A stretch of 64,000 bases of DNA from Myxococcota bacterium (GTDB lineage: Bacteria > Myxococcota_A > UBA9160 > UBA6930): positions 4,672,001 to 4,736,000 of the forward strand of contig OZ245002.1 in assembly GCA_965223415.1 (NCBI GenBank), read 5' to 3'. The position numbers and the translations under genes are program-made. Numbering within the stretch: position 1 is the first letter of the stretch; each line of letters opens with the position of its first letter. Shown here in pieces: positions 56,742 through 64,000 of this stretch. The notes below the pieces were generated by a model. It was not told the origin of the DNA, did no database searches, and worked only from the letters and a program-made list of their open reading frames with translations.

Positions 56742-58256
56742 TCAGATCGACGCGCCGACGTCTCCGCGCTCGTCCGTCTCGCTGGGCTCGGCGTCGTCTT
56801 CGGGCTCGTGGGCGACGACGCAGTTCTTGCCCTCGGCCTTGGCCCGGTAGAGGGCGTCGTCCGCGCCCTGGAAGAAGGCCTTGCGGCTGCCCCGGTAGGT
56901 GTTGACGCCCACCGAGACGGTCATCTTCGTCAGCCGCATCGTGTCGTCGAGGATGAACGAGGCCGACGAGACCCCGTGGCGGATCTTCTCCGCCAGGAGG
57001 AGTGCCCCGGGCGCGTCGGTGTTGGGAGCCAGGACGACGAACTCCTCTCCCCCGTAACGGGCGACCAGGTCCGACTCGCGCACGCAATCGTTCAGGATCT
57101 CGGCGAGACGCACGAGCAGCTCGTCGCCAGAGGCGTGACCGAGCTGGTCGTTCAGGCGCTTGAAGTCGTCGATGTCGATGAACAGCATCGACAGCGGCTC
57201 GCCGCTGCGCCCGGTGCGCTTGATCTCGCGGGTCAGGAAGTCCTGGAAGAAGCGATGGTTGTGGAGCTTGGTCAAGCCGTCGGTGATCGAGAGCTGGCCC
57301 AGCACCTCGTTGGCGGCCTGCAGCGCGTCGTTCTTCTGTTGGAGGCGCTCGTTCGCGGTGACGATGTCGTCGCGCTGACACCGCAGGTCGTCGGCCATCT
57401 CGTTGAAGGTGCGGGTGAGCAAGGCCAACTCGTCCTGGACCGGGATCGGCTCGATCGCCACGTCGAGCTGGCCCTCGGAGATGCGGCGGGCGCCGCCGGC
57501 GAGGGCGAGGATCGGCCCCACCGTCTTGCGGGTCACCCGGCGGGCCAGGAGCGCGAAGCCCACCAGGAGCAGCGCGTTCACGAGGGCCACCCGCACCAAG
57601 ACCTCCAGCACCGGCTCGAAGGCCGTATCGAAGGGGATCTCCAGGACGAGGCGGCCCGCGGCGGCGGGTACCGCGCGGCTGGCGCCGACGACGAGCTCGC
57701 CGGCCCGGTTCCGGTAGGGCTCCGGAGAGGCGGGCCATCCGCCGGCCGCGTCGCCGGGTTCGCCGGCGAGGGGCGGATCGGGAATCAAGCGCAGCCGCGT
57801 GCGCTCGGGATCGCCCACCGGGAGGGCGCGCTCGAGGCTCTCCCGAGCCAGCCAGGCGACCCGCTCGCCCGCCCCGTCGTCGACGGCGAGGCCGAGCTGC
57901 GGACCGCTCACGCCCCGGCGCCAGAGCACGGCCGGCGTCTCACCCGCGGGCAGGGGCTCGAGGGTCGTCCACGGCTCTGGCGGTCCTTGGCGCGGCTCCG
58001 ACGCGTCGAGCGCCTCGGGCAGCCGGGCGCGCGCCCGGGCCAGCAGGTCCTCCACGTGCCGCTCTGCCTCCTGCAGGGTGACGGGCACGGTCCGGTCCAT
58101 CTCCCGGCGCAGGAAGGCGTAGGTCGTGTGGACCGCGATGGCGGAGACCAGCACCGCGCTCAGCACCACGCCACCCAGGGTCACGGCCAGCAGCCGGCCG
58201 GCCAGGCTGCTGGCGGACCACCGTTCCGAGGAGATCTGGCGTGTGGGTTCGGGCAT
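56742..58256 (-). CDS. Membrane HAMP-domain diguanylate cyclase
   Basis: DIDDFK, RESD I-site, RYGGEEF. Confidence 0.92.
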   Translation of the reverse strand: MPEPTRQISSERWSASSLAGRLLAVTLGGVVLSAVLVSAIAVHTTYAFLRREMDRTVPVTLQEAERHVEDLLARARARLPEALDASEPRQGPPEPWTTLEPLPAGETPAVLWRRGVSGPQLGLAVDDGAGERVAWLARESLERALPVGDPERTRLRLIPDPPLAGEPGDAAGGWPASPEPYRNRAGELVVGASRAVPAAAGRLVLEIPFDTAFEPVLEVLVRVALVNALLLVGFALLARRVTRKTVGPILALAGGARRISEGQLDVAIEPIPVQDELALLTRTFNEMADDLRCQRDDIVTANERLQQKNDALQAANEVLGQLSITDGLTKLHNHRFFQDFLTREIKRTGRSGEPLSMLFIDIDDFKRLNDQLGHASGDELLVRLAEILNDCVRESDLVARYGGEEFVVLAPNTDAPGALLLAEKIRHGVSSASFILDDTMRLTKMTVSVGVNTYRGSRKAFFQGADDALYRAKAEGKNCVVAHEPEDDAEPSETDERGDVGASI

Positions 58257-58420
58257 GGTCGGGCGCTCCGCGGATCGTCCAGACGGCCTTTCCGCTTGAC
58301 CCGGATGCGCCGAAAGCCGTGCGATTCCAACAAGTTGGGATCGGGTATCCGTCCTCCGGCCCCGGCCTCTGCCGGACCGGGGTAACTGCCCGGAAGCGCG
58401 AGGGATTTCCGGTCGATGGT

Positions 58421-58449
58421 TTGACCGCTCAGGGGCCCTCGGATATATT
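58421..58449 (+). promoter_or_regulatory. Sigma70-type promoter of the pheA operon
   Basis: TTGACC-N17-TATATT. Confidence 0.7.
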
Positions 58450-58523
58450 GCGCCAGTCTTTTCGAGGGGTTACGCGCGTTGACGCCCACCGCTGTCGGAC
58501 GCGCTCCCGAACGCGAGATCCGC

Positions 58524-59723
58524 ATGAGCGATCCCGGCTCCCGCACGCCCGCGGCCGCACCTGCCCAGGGGCCCAAGGATCCGTCTTTCGAGGCGGAGCT
58601 CGCAGAGCTGCGTCGCGCGATCGACGCGGTGGATCGGCGCATCCTCGACGATCTGAACCGGCGGGCGGCGTTGGTGCTGCGGGTCGGTCAGCTGAAGCAG
58701 CGGCGCAGCGCCGGCGTGTACAGCGCGGCCCGCGAGCGGGACCTGGCCGATGCCCTGGTCGCTGCCAACCCCGGGCCGTTCCCCGACGCCGGTGTGCGTC
58801 CGGTCTTCCGCGAGATCGTCTCGGCCACCCGTTCGCTCGAGGCGCGGGTGCGGGTCGCCTACCTCGGCCCCGAGGGCACCTTCTCCCACCTGGCGGCCCG
58901 GGACACCTTCGGCGCCCACGCCGAGTACGTGGCGGCCTCCACGCTCTCCGAGGTGTTCGCGATCGTCGAACGCGGCGAGGCGGAGCACGGCATCGCGCCG
59001 GTAGAGAACACGACCGAGGGCGTCGTCACGCCGACCCTCGACGCCCTGCTCGGCTCGGAGCTGGCGATTTCCGGGGAGAGCCTGCTGCGCATCTCCCACC
59101 ACCTGATGTCTGGGTCGGGGCAGCTCGCCGACGTGCGACGGGTGGCGAGCCATCCCCAGCCCCTCGCCCAGTGCCGGATCTGGCTCGATCGCCACCTGCC
59201 GAACGCCGAGCGCCTGGAGATGACGAGCACGTCGGCCGCCGCCGACCTCGCTACCCGCGAGAGCGACGTGGCCGCCGTCGGCAGCTCGCTGGTCGCCGAG
59301 CTCCGGGGCCTGCACATCCTGGCGGGCTCGATCGAGGACCGGCGCGACAACACGACCCGCTTCCTCGTGATCGGCGGTGACCCGCCGCCGCCGAGCGGCC
59401 ATGATCTGACTTCCGTGGCCTACACGGTGCGCAAGGGCCAGAGCGGCGCCCTGCACGAGCTGCTCAAGCCCTTCGCGGACCGCGGCGTCAACCTGACGAG
59501 CATCCAGGCGCGGCCGCTCCAGGGGACGCCCTGGGAGTACGTCTTCTTCATCGACGTCGAGGGCCACCTGCAGCAGGCGGAGGTGCGAGAGGCCTTCGAG
59601 GCGGCCGCCACCTTCGCCAACTCCCACCGCGTGCTGGGCTCGTTCCCGCGCGCCACCGAGGCGCGCAACCCGTCGCGCCAGCCGGTGGGCTCGCCGAACC
59701 CGGTGCAGGGGGCCGAAGGATGA
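58524..59723 (+). CDS. pheA: Chorismate mutase/prephenate dehydratase
   Basis: LRRAIDAVD, YLGPEGTFS, PVEN, NTTRF, ACT domain. Confidence 0.95.
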   Translation: MSDPGSRTPAAAPAQGPKDPSFEAELAELRRAIDAVDRRILDDLNRRAALVLRVGQLKQRRSAGVYSAARERDLADALVAANPGPFPDAGVRPVFREIVSATRSLEARVRVAYLGPEGTFSHLAARDTFGAHAEYVAASTLSEVFAIVERGEAEHGIAPVENTTEGVVTPTLDALLGSELAISGESLLRISHHLMSGSGQLADVRRVASHPQPLAQCRIWLDRHLPNAERLEMTSTSAAADLATRESDVAAVGSSLVAELRGLHILAGSIEDRRDNTTRFLVIGGDPPPPSGHDLTSVAYTVRKGQSGALHELLKPFADRGVNLTSIQARPLQGTPWEYVFFIDVEGHLQQAEVREAFEAAATFANSHRVLGSFPRATEARNPSRQPVGSPNPVQGAEG

Positions 59724-60805
59724 GCCTTCGCGAGCGGGTGAAGCCGCACATCGCGGCGCTCGAGCCCTACAAGCCGGGGAAGCCCATCGAGGAGGTCGAG
59801 CGCGAGCTCGGCATCGTCGGCGCGGCGAAGCTGGCCTCGAACGAGAACCCGCTCGGTCCCTCGCCGAAGGCGATCCGCGCCATCGAGCAGGCCGCGCGGG
59901 GCGCCCACCGCTACCCGGACGGGGCGAGCTACCGGCTCCGCGGCGCCCTGGCCGAGCGGCTCGACGTGGCGCCGGAGCAGCTCGTGTTCGGCTGCGGCGC
60001 CGACGAGGTGCTGGAGCTCGTCGCCAAGGCCTTCATCGGCCCGGACGACGAGGTGGTCTACGCGTGGCCGTCCTTCGCGATGTACCCGATCGTCACCCAG
60101 GGCATGGGTGGGCGGGCTGTGCAGGTGCCTCTGGACGCGGACCTGGCCCACGACCTGCCGGCGATGGCGGAGGCGGTCACCGCGCGCACCCAGGTGGTGA
60201 TCGTCTGCAATCCGAACAACCCCACCGGCACCAGCGTGGGGGCAGAGGCCTTCGACCGCTTCGTGGAGAGCCTGCCCCCGGACGTGGTGCTGGTGGTGGA
60301 CGAGGTCTACATCGAGTTTGCCCGGCGAACGGACTTCCCGGACGGACTGGGCTGGGTCGCACGGCGGCCGGGCACGCTGGTGATGCGCAGCTTCTCGAAG
60401 CTCTACGGGCTGGCCGGGCTGCGGGTGGGCTACGGCGTGGCCGACCCGGAGCTGGCCGGCTACCTGGAGCGGGCCCGCCACCCGTTCAACCTGAACGCCA
60501 TCGCCGAGGTGGCGGCCCTGGCGGCTTTGGACGACACGGAGCACGTGGACGCCACCCTGCGCATGAACGCGGAGGGCGCCCAGCGGCTGACCCGCGGCCT
60601 CGAAGCCCTCGGGTACCGGGTCTGGCCCACCGATACGAACTTCCTGCTGGCGGATCTGGGCCCGGAGGCCTATGAGCGCCTGCTGCACCAGGGCGTGATC
60701 GTGCGCCCGATGGGAGGACTGGGCCTCCCGGACTGCGTGCGGATCTCGATCGGGACCGCCGAGGAGAACGAGAAGCTGATCAAGGCCGTGGAAGCGTGGA
60801 AGTGA
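59720..60805 (+). CDS. hisC: Histidinol-phosphate aminotransferase
   Basis: LASNENPLG, NPNNPTG, RSFSKLYGLAGLRVG. Confidence 0.93.
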   Translation: MSLRERVKPHIAALEPYKPGKPIEEVERELGIVGAAKLASNENPLGPSPKAIRAIEQAARGAHRYPDGASYRLRGALAERLDVAPEQLVFGCGADEVLELVAKAFIGPDDEVVYAWPSFAMYPIVTQGMGGRAVQVPLDADLAHDLPAMAEAVTARTQVVIVCNPNNPTGTSVGAEAFDRFVESLPPDVVLVVDEVYIEFARRTDFPDGLGWVARRPGTLVMRSFSKLYGLAGLRVGYGVADPELAGYLERARHPFNLNAIAEVAALAALDDTEHVDATLRMNAEGAQRLTRGLEALGYRVWPTDTNFLLADLGPEAYERLLHQGVIVRPMGGLGLPDCVRISIGTAEENEKLIKAVEAWK

Positions 60806-61773
60806 GCTTCGAGACGCTCGCGGTGATCGGCCTGGGCCTGCTGGGAGGCTCGGTGGCGGGCGCGGCGCGGGAGCGCGGCGTGGTGGGCCGCGTCGTCGGC
60901 GTGAGCCGACGGCCCGAGATGGCGGCGGCTGCGGTCGATCGCGGCCTGTGCGACGAGGCGGGCACCGACCTGGCCGCCGGCCTGCGCGAGGCCGACCTGG
61001 TAATCCTGGCGACTCCCGTCTACGCCATGGAGGAGACCCTGCGCGGTGCGGCGGCGCACCTGCGCGAGGGCTGCCTCGTGACCGACGTCGGCAGCGTGAA
61101 GGGCGTCCTGGCCGACACGCTTCCCGGCCTGCTGCCCCCCGCCGTGCGCTACGTGGGATCCCATCCGATGGCCGGGAGCCACGCCAGCGGGCTGGCCTTC
61201 GCCCGGGCGGACCTGTTCGAGGGCGCCGCCTGCGTGGTGACGCCTCGCGGCGCGGACGACGCGGAGGACGCCCAGCGGCTGGCGGGCTTCTGGCGGGCGC
61301 TCGGCTCCCGGGTCGAGCTCCGCGACCCGGCCCGCCACGACGACGAGGTGGCCTGGGTGAGCCACCTGCCCCACGCGGTCGCCTTCGCCTTCGCCCGGGC
61401 CCTCGCGAGCGCCGGCGCCTCCGCCGCGGCCCTCAAGGGATCGGGATTCCGCGATTTCACCCGCGTCGCCCGGAGCGAGCCCGAGATGTGGGCCGACATC
61501 CTGGTGACGAACCGCAAGGCCCTGGCCGGGCCCCTGCAGGAGGCCCTCCGCGCCCTGCAGGAGCTCGCCCGACGCATCGAATCCGGAGACCTGGACGCGG
61601 TCTCCGCCGAACTGTCCGCCGCCCGCGACCTGCTCGCCACGCGCGAGTGGGAGACGAGCGGCCCAGACGAGCCCCGATCCGGGAATTCCATCCCGGACGG
61701 AGCCGACGACGCCCGATCCGGGGGCGCAAACCCGGAAATTCAGGCTGCCCCGGAGGCGGCCACCAAGGAGTGA
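60802..61773 (+). CDS. tyrA: Prephenate/arogenate dehydrogenase
   Basis: IGLGLLGGS, DVGSVK, HPMAG, SHLPH, FRDFTRVA. Confidence 0.93.
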   Translation: MSFETLAVIGLGLLGGSVAGAARERGVVGRVVGVSRRPEMAAAAVDRGLCDEAGTDLAAGLREADLVILATPVYAMEETLRGAAAHLREGCLVTDVGSVKGVLADTLPGLLPPAVRYVGSHPMAGSHASGLAFARADLFEGAACVVTPRGADDAEDAQRLAGFWRALGSRVELRDPARHDDEVAWVSHLPHAVAFAFARALASAGASAAALKGSGFRDFTRVARSEPEMWADILVTNRKALAGPLQEALRALQELARRIESGDLDAVSAELSAARDLLATREWETSGPDEPRSGNSIPDGADDARSGGANPEIQAAPEAATKE

Positions 61774-61784
61774 AGACACTTCAC

Positions 61785-63497
61785 ATGAGTCAGGAAGCAA
61801 ACACAGGCGGATCCTTCGCCGATCTTTTCGCCGCGAGCGAGAAGAAGATGAAGGAGGGGGAGGTCACCAAGGGCCGCATCCTCTCCATCGACGACGACCA
61901 CGTCCAGGTCGACGTCGGGTTCAAGTCCGAGGGGTTCATCGACCTCTGGGAGTTCATGGACGAGCAGGGAAACGTCCTCGTCAAGGTCGGTGACGAGGTC
62001 GACGTGCTGATCGAGGAGAGCGAGGACGACGACGGTCGGATCGTGCTCTCCAAGGACAAGGCCGACCGGGTCAAGGTCTGGGACGACATCAGCGACGCCT
62101 ACGAGGCGGACAAGCCGGTCGAAGGCCGGATCCTCTCGCGGGTGAAGGGAGGCCTCAGCGTCGACATCGGCGTGAAGGCGTTCCTGCCGGGCTCCCAGGT
62201 CGACCTGCGACCGGTCCGGAACCTCGAGAACCTCCTCGGCGAGCGCCTCGAGTTCAAGATCATCAAGTTCAACCAGCGGCGCGGCAACATCGTGCTCTCG
62301 CGGCGTGCGCTCCTCGAGAAGGAGCGCGAGAAGATGCGGGCCACCACCCTGGAGACGCTCCAGGAGGGTCAGATCATCGACGGCGTGATCAAGAACATCA
62401 CCGACTACGGTGCGTTCATCGATCTCGGCGGCATCGACGGCCTGCTCCACGTCACCGACATGAGCTGGGGTCGGGTGAACCACCCGAGCGAGCTGTTCCG
62501 CGTCGGCGACGAGATCAAGGTGAAGGTGCTCAAGTTCGACGTGGAGACCGAGCGGGTCTCGTTGGGGCTGAAGCAGATCCAGCCGGACCCGTGGGTGGAT
62601 GCGGCGATGCGGTACCCGATCGGCATGCGCATCAACGGCAAGTGCGTCTCGCTGACGGACTACGGCGCCTTCATCGAGCTCGAGCCCGGCATCGAGGGCC
62701 TGGTGCACGTCTCCGAGATGTCCTGGACCAAGCGGGTCAAGCACCCGTCGAAGGTCGTGGAGATCGGAGCCGAGGTGGAAGCGGTCGTCCTCGATGTGGA
62801 CGAGTACAACCGCAAGATCTCGCTGGGCATGAAGCAGATCGAGCCGAACCCGTGGGCGGTGATCGAGGAGAAGTACCCGATCGGCACCCGCGTCTCCGGG
62901 GAGGTCCGCAACATCACCAACTTCGGGCTCTTCGTGGGGCTCGAGGAGGGGATCGACGGGCTGGTGCACGTCTCCGATATCTCGTGGACGGAGAACATCA
63001 AGCACCCGAGCGAGAAGTACGAGAAGGGCGACCACGTCGAGGCCGTGGTGCTGAAGATCGACCGGGAGAACGAGAAGTTCTCGCTGGGCGTGAAGCAGCT
63101 CGAGGCCAACCCGTGGGAGGACATCCTCAAGAAGTACGCCCTCGGCAGCGAGATCACCGGCGACGTCACGAACGTGACCGACTTCGGTGCCTTCGTGAAG
63201 CTCGAGGACGGCATCGAGGGGCTGGTCTACAGCTCCGAGCTCGCCACGGAGCCGGTGGACAAGCCGTCGGACGTGGTCTCCACCGGAGACAGCGTGACGG
63301 CGATCGTCACCAAGGTGGATCCGGTCGAGCAGAAGATCTCGCTCTCGATCCGGGCGGTTTCCGACCGGGAGCAGCGTGAGGCGCTCAAGAAGATGGCCGC
63401 CCAGCAGTCCGCCACCCAGACGGCGACGCTGGGGGACGTCGGTGCCCTCGCGGCTCTCAAGGAGAAGCTCGAGCAGGGAGGAGGCGAGGAGGGCTAG
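61785..63497 (+). CDS. rpsA: 30S ribosomal protein S1
   Basis: VDVGFKSEG, AFLPGSQ, repeated S1 domains (YGAF..IDGLLH). Confidence 0.97.
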   Translation: MSQEANTGGSFADLFAASEKKMKEGEVTKGRILSIDDDHVQVDVGFKSEGFIDLWEFMDEQGNVLVKVGDEVDVLIEESEDDDGRIVLSKDKADRVKVWDDISDAYEADKPVEGRILSRVKGGLSVDIGVKAFLPGSQVDLRPVRNLENLLGERLEFKIIKFNQRRGNIVLSRRALLEKEREKMRATTLETLQEGQIIDGVIKNITDYGAFIDLGGIDGLLHVTDMSWGRVNHPSELFRVGDEIKVKVLKFDVETERVSLGLKQIQPDPWVDAAMRYPIGMRINGKCVSLTDYGAFIELEPGIEGLVHVSEMSWTKRVKHPSKVVEIGAEVEAVVLDVDEYNRKISLGMKQIEPNPWAVIEEKYPIGTRVSGEVRNITNFGLFVGLEEGIDGLVHVSDISWTENIKHPSEKYEKGDHVEAVVLKIDRENEKFSLGVKQLEANPWEDILKKYALGSEITGDVTNVTDFGAFVKLEDGIEGLVYSSELATEPVDKPSDVVSTGDSVTAIVTKVDPVEQKISLSIRAVSDREQREALKKMAAQQSATQTATLGDVGALAALKEKLEQGGGEEG

Positions 63498-63571
63498 CGC
63501 CCTTCCCGCGGCCAACCGTTCCCGGTGGAGGCCGGGCCCGCCCGGCCTCCACCGATCCAGCGGAGACTTTC

Positions 63572-63898
63572 ATGACCAAGAGCGGACTCATCGAGAAGGT
63601 GGCCGAGCTCACGCCGCACATCTCGAAGAAGGACACGGAGATCGTGGTGAACACGATCTTCGATTCGATGACGGAAGCCCTGAAGCACGGGGAGCGGATC
63701 GAGATCCGCGGCTTCGGCAGCTTCCAGGTGAAGGTCCGGGAGGCCCGCGAAGGTCGCAATCCGAAGACCGGCGAGGAGGTCCACATCCCCGCCAAGCGCA
63801 CGCCCTTCTTCAAGGTGGGCAAGGAGCTGAAGGAGATGGTCGACGCCTCCAAGGCGCCGCTGGATGAGTCCGCCGACGACGACGACACCCAGGGCTAG
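63572..63898 (+). CDS. ihfB: Integration host factor beta subunit
   Basis: MTKS, IEIRGFGSF, RNPKTGE, FKVGKELK; follows rpsA. Confidence 0.9.
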   Translation: MTKSGLIEKVAELTPHISKKDTEIVVNTIFDSMTEALKHGERIEIRGFGSFQVKVREAREGRNPKTGEEVHIPAKRTPFFKVGKELKEMVDASKAPLDESADDDDTQG

Positions 63899-63913
63899 GG
63901 AGAGCCTCTCCTC

Positions 63914-64000
63914 GTGAAGTGGCTGCGACGAATCGTCCTGCTCGTGCTGCTGGCGGGCTTTGCCTACGTGGCCTCCGAGCTGCCCGACGCCAACTCGGTC
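63914..64000 (+). CDS. N-terminus of a probable LapA-family membrane protein (truncated)
   Basis: MKWLRRIVLLVLLAGFAYVA..N; lapA commonly follows ihfB. Confidence 0.45.
   Translation, partial: MKWLRRIVLLVLLAGFAYVASELPDANSV

Overview
GC-rich bacterial chromosome segment; gene content and VPEP-type PEP-CTERM/exosortase genes suggest a Myxococcota/deltaproteobacterial-like organism (inference). Bases 1-8004 are the right part of an integrated element. It carries a Prim-Pol/AAA helicase replication gene running off the left edge (absent from the ORF track), hypothetical genes, an IS5-family element and a PDZ-trypsin lipoprotein, and ends at a 45-bp 3' half of tRNA-Gly(CCC), the att site, with arm-like repeats. 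The core region holds modE-porin-tupA, amtB, a SNF2 helicase, greB, P450, WS/DGAT and a second IS5. It also has a sigma54 operon of two paralogous histidine kinases, an NtrC-type regulator and PspA, plus queG, dcd, dtd, ccdA/tlpA, lptD, trpEGDCFBA, coaE, a diguanylate cyclase and pheA-hisC-tyrA-rpsA-ihfB. The most unusual locus is 36057-40417: a catalytically degenerate GH1, a sulfotransferase, an unannotated PqqA-like peptide (CEITAY) overlapping the sulfotransferase stop, and a PEP-CTERM protein, all divergent from an exosortase. Non-coding highlights are two related 70- and 82-bp palindromes, a ModE box, sigma54 promoters, a recurring sigma28-like motif and apparent leaderless genes. All calls come from motif recognition by eye; no searches were run.
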